Shown: piece by piece, positions 48,801 through 60,977 of the stretch
Numbering within the stretch: the first letter of the stretch is position 1
How the letters are laid out: each line of letters starts with the position of its first letter
Assembly: GCF_000143415.4 (NCBI RefSeq)
Contig: NW_003314338.1
Location: 274,157 to 338,156 of the forward strand
Length of the DNA stretch: 64,000 nt
Source of the DNA: Selaginella moellendorffii
Lineage: Eukaryota; Plantae; Lycopodiophyta
Direction: 5' to 3'
Notes under the pieces: model-generated
What the model was told of the DNA's origin: nothing
Databases searched by the model: none
What the model saw: only the letters and a program-made list of their open reading frames with translations
Program-made: the position numbers and the translations under genes

Positions 48801-51256
48801 GAGACTACGCTCCTTAAAGGATGGACAAGGCATGGTGAGCCTTTGATGTCAAACCATAGACAAAGATTGGCTAGGTGCCAAAGATGGAAATGGTAACACA
48901 TATGGGTGTTACTTTATGAAAGGGTTTACCGTTCGATGAGGACATCAAACTTCGTCTATGGGTGGTGGAGTTGTGAGACACAAAATCCCTAGGCCCCAAA
49001 GTGGAGCCGGAAGGGCGCCACATGGTAGTGGCCGAAGCAAGAGCCAAACGAGCGTAACACGTTTGGACCAAAAGCTCCGACTTGAAAAGTCAAGAGCGGG
49101 AGTGGAACTCCCAACGAAGTGCTCGAGGAATGAGCACGAAGCGAGCAAAAGGCAAGGCTCCAAAAAGGGACCCGAGATGGACCCGAGATGGAGTCCGAGA
49201 TGGAGTCCGAGATGGAGTCCGAGGTGGACCTGAGATGGACCCAAGTTGGAGTCCAAAGTGGAGTCCGAGATGGATCCGAGATGGAGTCTGAGATGGAGTC
49301 CGAGATGGAGTCCGAGGTGGACCCGAGATGGACCCGAGTTGGAGTCCAAAGTGGAGTCCGAGATGGACCCGAGATGGAGTCCGAGATGGAGTCCGAGATG
49401 GAGTCCGAGGTGGACCCGAGATGGACCCAAAATGGAGTCCGAGATGGAGTCCGAGATGGACCCGAGATGGAGTCCGAGATGGAGTCCGAGATGGAGTCCG
49501 AGGTGGACCCGAGATGGACCGAGACCGAGGCCGAGGCCAAGACTGAGCCCGAGCCCGAGTCTGAGTCCAAATCCGAGTCCGAGTCCGAATCCGAATCTGA
49601 GTCCGAGTCCGAGTCCGAGTCTGAGTTCGAGTCCGGAGCCTGAGAGGGTGAAAGCCCAAAGTGTTTGTCTCTCAGACCCTGGGGGGTTTGGTGAGCTCCA
49701 AAAGTATAGTAGGGGGAGGACTGCAGTGGAGCCAGTTTGGCCAGGAAAGGCCAGTTTGGCCCAGGAAGGCCAGACCCAGTGTTGGGTGATGAACTGACCA
49801 CTGGGAAGTCCAAGACTAGAGTGAATACGGACCGACAAGCGGGGTAGCTTGGTGAAGTGTTCAAGAGCCGGCTCTAGTTCCCCCGGGAGATCGACTGGCC
49901 GATGCTCCCAGTCCAAGTGTGGGTGGCACTACCTACTTGGATACCAGGCGTGGCTCAACAGAACCTCGCTCTAAGCCCATGGCTAGAGCACCTAAAGGCG
50001 ATAGGTGGGGAGAGTACCCAGGTGGCTCGCGTAAGGCCACGGTGTTCCGAAATGTCGTCCCAAAGGCCCAGACTGTGGAAAGGAAGAGGAGCAGTCCTCT
50101 GGGGTAGTGACCAAGGACACAGTCGTGTGGTGAGGAAGTCCCAGAGGACCGTGGGACTTAGTGGTCGGGCCTGTGGGCCTCGATCCAGTGGCAGTATTGG
50201 CAAACACGGCCAGGGGCAGAAAGGGACTTGGTAGGAATTGACAAAGGGACTTTGGGGAAGGCGATTCCCCAGGTCTGTGGGCATCCTAAGGATGCTAAGG
50301 AGTGGATCTAGGATGACCCCTCGTAGACAGATGGCCCAGTCTTGGAGAGACGGGATGGTGATGCAAGTGGTATTGGACTATTTGCGCAGCAAAGGTGAAT
50401 GGGCATGGCCTTAGCATAATGGGCCGAGATGTCAGTGGTACCTTTGGGTGTCGGTCATGGGATCGGACACGTGGAGCACTTGGACCAAGTGCAAAGGTTG
50501 AGTGGCATGGATGCCATTCTCGGGGCTAGCAAGCCCCAAGTCCTGAATGGGACTTATGGAGGTTGTGAATGCGACTCCTCCAAGTGGTCGGAGGTGTGGT
50601 TAAGTGACTAAAGTAGAATGGAAAAATTAGTCGCTTACATTAGGGGCCTTGGGTGGGAGTGACTATGAACTCAGGTGGTGTCAAAGAGGCCACCCAAGGA
50701 AGTGGTCAAGAGCAGGTCCCACTCCCAAAAGGGAAACCGACTGTGGTGCTCTTGATTCATGTGGAGTGGTGTCCCACTTGAGTATTATGTGGCTCATTGG
50801 TCCTTGCTCCTTCCTAAAGGCTTTGGCCTTCCCTTTGGGATGGAAGTAGGGGAGTAAGGGTACCCATACTGGGCTATTAGACCATGGTGTTTCCCCTCAG
50901 AGTCCTGAAGTAAGAGATGCATCAAAGGCTTGAGATTTAGAGGGTCCCATGATCAAGTCTTGTTGTTCCAAAAGATGTTAAGAACCTAAAGGCTTGATGT
51001 GCTTGGCTGCTTGTGTTTGTGGGGACTGTAGCTAAACTTTAAGTCCAGTCTAACTTAAGGAAGAGAATTGGTAGAAAATTTAGGAACTAAGTCTTCATTT
51101 CTCATGTCGTGAGTAGCTAAAACCAAGTAAAACCAAGTAGTAATTGGTGCAATAGGTGAAAACCTTAGCAAGGGAACTTAACTAAGGCCAAAGTAAATGG
51201 TGGTTGAATATACAAGGTGAGTTGACAAATTGGAAAGGAAAAAATTATGGTTTATT
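42817..51256 (+). mobile_element. Degenerate solo LTR of family A (42817-43258 + 50640-~51256), interrupted by element B3
   Basis: Colinear with 5060-6226 on both sides of B3; 3' terminus degenerate. Confidence 0.85.
43259..50639 (+). mobile_element. Non-autonomous LTR retrotransposon (LARD-like, family B), copy B3
   Basis: LTRs 43259-44919 and 48972-50639, TSD TTAGG, PBS 44923-44934, PPT before 48972, non-coding 4.05-kb interior. Confidence 0.95.
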
Positions 51257-52334
51257 TCTTTCACTATCATCACACTTCCATTTGAGGTCATCATTACATC
51301 ATATCACAAACATATATATGCACTAGCAGCAAAAAACAACATCTCATTTGAACATACTATTTTTGAGATATTATTGTGACTATTTGCTGATAACATACTA
51401 CCTTTTCGAGAGTGACTTGCTTCTAGCTAGTTGAACCTGTCCACTCAAGGCATCTAGATGGATCCTTGGGTAAGGCCATAGAAGCTGAAGCCACTTACTT
51501 TTGCTCTAGCACTTTGTGGACACAAGCCACCTTTGTTTACTGACAATCTAATGACTAGACCGTCCTTTGCAATTTTCTTCAATCAAACATATTAGACCAT
51601 AAGCTTGACACTTTCAAATATGGCCACCTCCTCAGTGTGCCACCACCATCTTAGCACTCCACCATATCACCCCATTTTTCATCATTTATTTACCACTCTT
51701 AGGCAATGCATCCCCTCTTTTACCTTTCTTTCTGAATTTCAGCCAATCCTTGGAGCATACCCAAGTCATTATAAGGTTGCATTTGTATATTACACTTTCC
51801 TTAGCTAAAATCTAGATAAGGGCTAAATTCTTTAAGCACTAACTCATTTTATTCTATTTTTATTCTCTTTCCACACTTTTTTTCACATTTTCTTTCACAT
51901 TAGGGTCCAATTTGATTATAGGGTTTCCCCTTTAAACTTCACACCTACCTCTTCTCTTTCTTTTTCCACTTTCTTTTCCAGAGTTTCGACAATTCAAGTA
52001 GTTACCAGCACTTCTATACCTCTATTGCTGATATGAAGTGCTGGTAACTACTCACGTATTTGGAGCCAACACAATCCATTGTGGTGTATGTTAGGATTTG
52101 GCCACACTTAGCCTCTTAGAGAGTGTGAGAGAGAGGGAGAATATTCTGATTCTTAGAATATTCCCCATCCTCCTTGTATAAAACCCTTTCCCCGCAAGGG
52201 CAAAGGGGTATTTGTGGAAAGCATTGGAGCATTTTTTTGTGTTTGAGTCTTAATTAGACTGTTGAGAGGGTATAACTCTCCACCTTAGTTCATATGTGAT
52301 CATGTTAGCAATGTAGCGAATAGACTTATGGTCT

Positions 52335-53503
52335 CCTGATACTAATACGAGTGGTGATATACTTGACCACCAATAAGAGTTGGACTAAAGAACAACTCTA
52401 ATACCAAGTTGTAAGTGATTAATTTTTCCATTATACTCTAGCCACTTAACCACACCTTTGACCACTTAGAGGAGTCTCACTCACGAACTCCATAAGTCTT
52501 ATTGCTAACTTGAGGACATGCTAGCCCCATAAATGGCATTTATGCCACTCAACTTTTGCACTTGATTCAAGTGCTCCCCGTGTTCAATCTCATGACCAAC
52601 ACCTAAATATACCACTAACATATTAGTCTTTTACACTAAGGCCATGCTCATCACTCCATCTGAGGTCCATCTCAAACTCTATCTTGGACTCCATATTAAA
52701 CTCTCCTTCTTGGACTCTATATAGCCTTCCCCTAGTCACATTGGCCTTTCCTAACCAAACTAACTCTACTGGAGTTCTCCCTCATACTATACTTTTGAAG
52801 CTCACCAAACCCCCTAGGGTCTAGGAGACAATCACTTTGGGCTGTCATAGACTCAGACTCAGATTTGGACTCTATCTCGGTCTTAGTTTGGGTCAGGGTT
52901 TGAGTCTCAATCTCGATCTCGATCTCAAACTCAACCTTGGACTCTATCTCAGTCTTAGTCTGGGTTTGGGTCTGTGTCTCGATCTCGGTCTTGATCTCAA
53001 ACTTGACCTCAGACTCTATCTCAGTCTCAGTTTAGGTCTAGGTCTAGGTCTTGATCTTAGTCTTGATCTCAAACTCGATCTCGATCTCGGTCTCGATCTC
53101 AAACTCGACCTTGGACTCTATCTCAGGTCCATCTCAGACTCCATTTCAGGTCCATCTCAAACTCCATCTTAGACTCCATCTCGGGTCCATCTCAAGTCCA
53201 TCTCAGGTCTATCTCAAACTCCATCTCGAATTCCTTTTTGGACTCTTGCTCAAAACTCCACCATGGACTACTTCTCAGGTCCCATCTCAAACTTGTTCCT
53301 GACACTTCTATATGTTATGACACTTGTGCCCTTTTTTCATTCTTATTCCTCAAGCACTTTGTTCGAAGTTCCACTCCGACTCTCAACTTTCCAAATTAGA
53401 GCTTTTAGTCCAAACATGTTACATTTGTTAGACTTCCACTTTGACCACTACTATGTGGCACATTTTTTACTCCACTTTAGGGCTTAGGGATTTGTGTCTC
53501 ACA
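52335..53503 (-). mobile_element. Degenerate family-B 5' LTR (52410-53503) with PBS and first ~70 bp of the interior
   Basis: Reverse complement of both B-LTR ends; degenerate PBS TGGTATTAGAG. Confidence 0.8.
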
Positions 53504-55199
53504 TCTAACTTCCATCACGAGTTCAAGCAACTTTATTGAGAATGGATGGATGCACCAACTAAAAAGGAGCACAAGGCAAAGGCAAATGAGATGTATATAT
53601 GGTGGTGTGAAGGAGATAAAGTGCCAATTGAATGCCTTCCACAAATGGAATGCTAGCTTGCATAGTGGGAAGTTCAAATGTTTCAGTAAGGCAAATATAT
53701 TCTCCATATAAGATTTCTCTTATTTTCTTTCTTGTCATATTTTAATGTTGCATTTTTCCTAGGATCAACCACTTGATGATATTGCACTTACACCAACAAT
53801 TAATCTCTCTGAGAAAAAACATTAGAGTTGAAAAGCTTCTAAAGCAAGGAAAGGAAAAGTGTCCCTCTATGAAGCTATACTCTTTGACCTCACTAGATCT
53901 CTTGAGCAGTCATCAAAACCTTTGGCTGCATAGGAAACAAGATTTGTTATTACAAGTTTGAACTTAGATAGGCTTCAAGAGTGGGTTAGTAGAAGGACAA
54001 CACTAAAAGCAAGGTTAATGTCTAAGATGGTGCAGGAAGTTGTTGCTAGAACTCTTATGAAATCAAGTTATGAACCATTTAGGGATATGAGGACAGCCCA
54101 TATGAAGTGTTGACAGATATTTGATGGGCCCAACATCACTTCTTTCAACTCTCATTGTCCAGTGTTTGACTACCATTTTATTCCAAAACACCGGAGAAGA
54201 ACTAAGGAACATGAAGTGGAGGAGATGTCATAAGTAAATCTAGTGCCAGAGGTTGAGAAGGTTATTATTCGTGAACCAATTTCTCGTATCAACTAGACAA
54301 TTTGAAGAGTCAGTGCCAAGAGCAATGTGCATTACTCTGGAATGATTGGGAATTGAGGTTAGTGTCTCGCAGTTATATGCTCAAGTTCGAGTTCTTCAGA
54401 AGTGCCATATTTCTAGGGCTGTTGAGATCTAGGTGTAAATGGTCGCCAGTCAAGTCGGATTTACTATTATGGAATTGATGTTACTCATACAAGCCAAACC
54501 CATAGCTCAACTATTTCAAATCCAAATTCCATACTAGAGGAGTGGCTAGTTAAGTGAAATTGCAATTTTTTGAAAGAGGAGATTTAAAGTTTGGAGAGAG
54601 TAGGTCAAGCTAAAGACTTCCTTAAATCTTGCTTCTGATACTACTATGCCACCAATGTCAACATTAGACTGGTAAACATGACCAGCTACAAATGGGAAGG
54701 CTATACAATATAGGTCTGCCATTTTGAAAGGTGCATAAGAAAAGATCAAGTTAGCAAAGGAGTTGAAGTACATTAAAGCTAATGCACAAGTTGTCCTTGA
54801 GCTCCATCTTGTTCCACACACTGTTGTGTTGATGAGTAATGATCAAAAGCCACTTTCTCTAACAGAATGGTCTTTCTTGTCATCCTCACACTATAAATAT
54901 TGCAACTTCTTAATATCTAACTTACAATCTTTAGAGGATTGGCCATTCTTTTTACTCTACTGCTTATGCTTTAGTTGTGGACAATCAGTTTTATAGTGTC
55001 CAAGTTTGCTGCAATGATGATAACCTTATCTATAATGCTTCACAAAAAGCTTCTACTTCTTTGTATCCAAAATAGTCACTAAAGACTTCAGCTTGTGATG
55101 CTTGTTCCCATCCTTGTCCATGGAAATCATCACTATAATTCTCTTCAGAAGGACTCAAACACTATCAAGAGTTGTGTTTGTTACTGTTAAGTTGATGAG

Positions 55200-55600
55200 C
55201 CACATCAAAGAGCTCCTCTAAACTCTTTGTAGGCTAAGAATGATGCAATGTTGCTGCATGCTCTCACTATGAAGGTTATCAATGAAGTAGGACTTGTTCT
55301 AATCTAGATCCTTGGTTGAAACACAACTAATCAAGCAAGTAAGCTTCTCAATATAGTCCTTGAGCATCATTTTCCCTTGCTAGAAATATTAAAGTTTTGT
55401 GCAAGCATTCTCTATGTCATAGTGAGGGAAAAAACATAAATGAAAAATAGCCTCAAACTCATCTATAGTAAATAGTGGTGGTTTCTTATTCATAACACAA
55501 AACTTCTCAAGCCAATTCCACCACCGAAGACTTACATCACACAAAACCATTGGAATAGCTATCAAAGCCTCTATATCTGGAGTTCCTTTAGTAGCCAAAA
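55200..55600 (-). mobile_element. Retrotransposon gag remnant
   Basis: LRWWNW...EFEAIFHLCFFP...KL..L*QGKM.LKDYIEK pattern. Confidence 0.5.
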
Positions 55601-55619
55601 ACTTCTGCTCCAAAGCTAA

Positions 55620-56677
55620 GACTAAGTTCAAGTCTAAGTTGGAGTTTGAGTCCAAGTCAAAGTCAGAGTTAGAGTCTAAGTCTGGGGTGAAAGCCCAAAG
55701 AGATCATCTCCCAAACCCTGAGGGGCTAGGTGAGTCCCTATAGGATAGTAAGGGGAGGACTTTAGTAAAATTAATTTGGCTTGAAAAGGCCAGTAATACC
55801 AAGGAAGGCTACACCCATGTGTTGAGTGTTGATATAATCACTAAAGAGTCTAAGGCTAGAGTGAATATGGATGGATAAGTGGGGTAACTTAGCAAAGTGT
55901 TTAAGAGAAGCTCTAGCTCCCTCAAGAGATAGGATGATCGATGCTCCCAATTGAAGTGTGGGTGGCACTACCGACTTAGATACCTTTTGTGGATCATTAG
56001 AACCTTGCTTTAGCCACATGGCTAGGGCACCCTTGTGGCGGAAGATGGAGGAGTACCCACAAGGCTCATATTGGGTTGTGGTGTTTCAAAATGTCATCCT
56101 AAAGTCCCAAACTATGGAAAGAAAGAAGAGTGGTCTTCTTGCTTAGTGACCAAATGTATGGTTGTATAGTGAGGAAGTTCCAGAGGTTAGTGGCTTAGTG
56201 GATGGGCCTTCGGGCCCTAGACCAATGGTGGTGTTTGCAAACACTACCATGGACAAAGAGGGACTTGGTGGGGACCAAAATAGGGATATCAGGGATGGTG
56301 TTCCCCATGTCTTGAGGCATACTAATAATGCTAATGTGTGGTCATAGGATTACCACTCATAAATGGATAGCACAGTTTTAAAGAGATAGGACCATATTGC
56401 AGGTGGTCTTAGACTACCAATGAGATAGAGGTAAATAGATATAGCCTAAGCATAACAGGCTGAGATGTTGTTGGTACCTTTGGATATTGAAAGTGAGACT
56501 AGATATGTGGAGCACTATGATTAAGTGTGAAGTTGATGTAGTCTTGAGATCACATTTGGGTGTAAGCAAGTACCTGAGGGTGAATGAGGACTTATAAAGG
56601 TTGTGAGTGAGACTTCTCTAAGAGGTCATAAGCATAGTTAAGTGACTAAAGCAGAATGGAAAATTTAGTCACTTACA
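55620..56677 (+). repeat. Degenerate 5'-truncated family-B LTR
   Basis: GGGTGAAAGCCCAAAG block and ...AAATTTAGTCACTTACA end. Confidence 0.8.
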
Positions 56678-57229
56678 TACACTCTTTTATTGTCTTGGAG
56701 TTTCCATCATTCCCATGATCCCAACTGTAGTTATTTACCATAACCACATATCCAATTTACTAAGTCAAACACTTTTATGAATCACATTCTTAACTCTCTG
56801 AGAAAAACTTTGTATTGTTCCCAAGATCCCAAATTTGTTCCTTATTGGCCCTAGATTTGTAAAGTCCAAAAGCTGGATGACTCAAATGGAGTCAAGGAAT
56901 GGTCCTAATAGCATATTGCAAGCTTTGCTATGGCAGCTATGACAAAACATAGCAGCCGGGACTGGGCCAGGACAGTAAAAGTTTTATGCCTGGATGTTGT
57001 GAAGATTAGGCAAGAAACTTTGATTACCTTGAGGAGAGCTTTTCGTAGAGAACCAGTTCCAGAGTTTCAAAGAGCTCTCTCCATGCTCTCCAATCTAGTT
57101 GCAAAGCAAGCTCAGTCTATCAAATGTAATGAAAGTTAAGCGCTCATCTTACTTTGCTGTCACTTGTTTGAGGCTGACTGATGCAATGTTTTTACTTCTT
57201 TTGGGATAATAGCTTCAAATAGATAAGAA

Positions 57230-59430
57230 AGGCTTACCTTCAAAAGAGCAATGAATTGAGGAGATTTCTTGAAGCAAGCATGAACAAACTGAAAACATAT
57301 TTGTTGGATCTGATTGAAGACATGAGTCAGCTTATGAGTAAAATAATCTTGCTTACCTCAATTGAAATGCCTTATTTGGAAACATGGCATCGATTCTGAA
57401 GAAGACCATAGGTAAAAGAACACAGAGTAGTGCTAAACATACAAAGGGCAGCAGATTAAATGCAAAGGTTTGGAACTTACAATCGCTCACGTCTTGCAGT
57501 GCAACGTTAAAATAGACTTGCAAAAGCTGCGGGATAATTCAGAGCATGTGTAAGCTTGTTGGATTGTCGAGACTCTGGTGCTGCTTCCAACATAGCCTTC
57601 ATTCCAGGATACGACCAATGACGTTTCTGCAAGATGGACCTTTTTAACCTCAAAGCAATATAGTCACTTCCTGTTACTGCTAAACCTTCATTTTCATCTT
57701 TCAAGAGGTCCGAAAACAAATCATCTGCTTCGTAATGTGAGCTTCTTCCAGAGCCTTCTTTGCCAGAATCGTCGTCCCCATCAATGAAAGTTCCTGTGTA
57801 AGCTTCGTCCATCAGTGCCAGAAGTGCCTGAAAAAAGATGCCTCAAGATAAACAAATCGCAAACCATAATGAGCATGTATATCACCTCAGGTTCCAGGTT
57901 CGAATGTTCCCCATGTGTTCCATGCAAAGATCCAGTGTTTTTTTCTAGACTCTTACCAAAGCTGCATAAAAGCTTCACATGCTTCAACTTCAGAAATCGA
58001 GTAATAGCTCAGAGATACTCTCTCAGCAGATCCAGAAGAGCCAAGAACAGCTGCAAAAATGACGGCTGCAAAACTCATAAACTTAGCCATCATCTTCTTG
58101 AAGCCAATTGTCATTTATGCTTGACGGTGCAGTGCTTGCCTTTGATTTGAAGCATTAGAGAGCTTCAAGAAATTAACCTCCAATGCGTGTGACTGTAATA
58201 CATTCCAGCATGTCAGTAATCTAGAGAAGAAAAAAAGAGAACACAGATGTTTGCCGGGGAGTTAAAAACATCAAACATAGAAAAATCACTTCTTCATTCA
58301 CTGCCACTTGCCTCACTATTCTCAACACTGAGAACTTGCCAGTGGATGGATGGACTCACTGAGGTTAAGCACTGCAAGGCCAGTGACTCTAGAATGAGAT
58401 CCACCCTGTTGTTGCTGAGCCATTGCACATGAAAATGCATCCAAAAGTTTGGCTACAAACAATATGTGAAAGATTGCTACCTAAACTTAAGAGTGCCATA
58501 CCTTCGTTTGGCATGAAGAAGTACTGGAAGAAATCAGCTTGACTGAGGAAGACCATTGTCTTCCTCAATCTGCAGCGAGCTTGACAGTGTGTAGTAAGCT
58601 GCTTCCGGTAGAGGTAGCGCCGAGTTTGGTGCATAGCAACGGAGATAGATTCAAGCAACCTCTTCGACTGCAGTATCTCTTGACCAAGCTGAATAGCAAA
58701 GTTGATCCGTTAGTAGCAAAGTGCAAGCAAGGAAGTCTGGATTACCATGTCAACGTAGGCTATGACTTGGAGCTGCCTGTTCTGCTCCACAGAAATCTGA
58801 GCTATCAGATATACAGGTAGGAGATGAGAATGAAGTAAACGTAGACTGGCTTACCTTGTTTGGTGCAGAGAGGACACCTCTTTCAGAGATCCAGTGAACT
58901 GCTTTCACGGACTTGGGAACTACAAGTTTATTGTACAGGTGCTCCGGCTGAATGATAGAATGCTTTCAAGTCGATCTGGGTGGAAATCCTGAGCATCTGG
59001 CAGCCTTCGGCCAGTACTATTGTGATCAGATGGTTTGTTCGCAGCATTCCACGAGTGCCATGGGAAGCCAGGTCTCTTCATGGCATTTCTGAGTACAAAC
59101 TGGACAGTAAAGGAAAGAGTGACAAGCACAAGGTACATAACGTTATCTTCGACTCACCCCCAAAAGGCAAAGTTGAGATGACTGTCTTGGATCTTGTTGC
59201 AGCTATGCACATGAACTACTGAATCACATAGAAGAAGAAAAGACAGCAGTCAGGCCAATAAAAATGAATAATCACAATGAAACGAATGCAGCAAAACTCA
59301 GATGTCCTTCGCATTGAACGAACACTCTCACAAAATGGAGTAAGTTTCCCAGCTTTAAAACTTGGAATATCATAGAGAGGATGTTTACTCACCTGGAAGA
59401 TAAAAATTCTGTTGCTTCTAAGTTCTGGTC
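57230..59430 (-). pseudogene. Decayed multi-exon host-gene fragment, tentatively N-terminal region of a plant SEN1/senataxin-like helicase
   Basis: Repeated minus-strand GTAAG donors (CTTACC on +) and short introns with stop-ridden exons. Only weak motif resemblance (LTW*SRL..LLLTD, FFQYFF, MPCFQ). Confidence 0.3.
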
Positions 59431-60977
59431 ACGCTATCATCCCAGTACACTACCCTTCCAAAAAAAAAAAACAGAAAAAGAAATTTCACTATCTTATAGA
59501 GGGAACAATTTCTTAGAACTCACTTTGCTACTGGCTAGACCTTTGTATGGTTTTTCATTCTTTATAGTAAAGTTAAGCTTCTATTGACAATCAACTCTTT
59601 GCTCAAATGCATCAACAGTGTCAGAATTGAACAGGAACCAGCACATTACAGTGGGACTAAATGTGCACTCAATTTTAAATGCAAAACAAAAGACAGTTAC
59701 ATATTGAAGCCAACTTGCTTGCTGTGATTTTGCTACATTATGTGAATTAAAAACTGTGCACTATTAAGTGCCAATTCGACCACTAACAGGAAGAGAGCAT
59801 CTCTAGGCCACCGAGCTTGGCATGGAGACAGGCAGTCAATTTTGTAATTGTCAATAAATGAAATCATCCATTTCATCTACTTCTGGAATCACGTGCTGCT
59901 ATTCTTTACCCCTGTTAAAGCTTACATAGCCATCATCAAACAAAGCTGATGTATGTTAGGTGAATGGGTATTTATGACTGCATTATTTGATAAATGGATT
60001 TACAGTGAAATTCGTTTTTTCTTACAAGTTCCTTGTAATTGTGATACAAATCATATGTAACTTTTTTAACAGCATGCAAAAGCTTAGAAAGGAATTCACA
60101 TACCTTAGGTGTAAAGATTGAGTATGTAAACCTGAGTTTCTTCGTGCCATGGTATATTTTGAGCTTACTACAGATCTTGAAATTGAAAATCTTCAAGCGT
60201 ATACCATCAACATGCAAAGAGAACACAGGATAATTCTAATCTTGCATAGTTCGTTGGCTGGCAGTCCTATGATTTCTTGTGCAGCCTCTTGATATCTTTG
60301 TGTGTGTGTGTGCTTCCATACTCCACTATTCAAGAAGCATGCATCCAATACAATTAATGACCTGCATAATCATTTATGTTTATTCTGGTTTGTAAATAAG
60401 AAAACGCATTTACTGTTTCCCATTCGTCTCAAGGAAAGCATAGTCCAGGAATCTTACAAATGAATTCAGATGGATACCCCACAAATCTATTAAACCTGAA
60501 ACTTGGCCTCAAGTGTTTCACTGTTGTCCGTGGCAGTGGTCAGGGCACCAGGCTTTGTATCTATGTTCATCACACACAACACATTTGAATTTTCTTTGGC
60601 TTTTCGGATCCCATCTTCTGTGCACTTCATGGTCGCTAACGCTAGGGTTGCTGGGTGCTAGGATATTTAAAAAATCGTCTATTGAGAACCATTCTCCAAC
60701 TGCAATAGTTTGTGTATATATTGATCAAACCGTTGGCTGTTACTTCTACCTTGATATGTAGGGCTTGGCTGAATTGGAAACAAATAAAAAAGTGTTGATC
60801 ACAAGTCATTGTCAAAGTTTACATAGAAAGAAAGAGATGCAACTTGTTATCTCTTGCAGTAACTACTTTTGCCATATCATGTCACACCCGGGTCTATTAC
60901 TAAACCCGAACTACCTTTGAGAAAACAAAATGACACCTTAAATACTGACTAACTCGCTCTTGAGAGCTTAAAGCCAG

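Noticed and set aside
30755-49916. Long ORFs rich in SR/RD/ES/GL dipeptides (e.g. 39257-40300, 43248-44135)
   Set aside because: Artefacts of stop-free hexamer/dodecamer arrays; open in many frames on both strands and variable between LTR copies.
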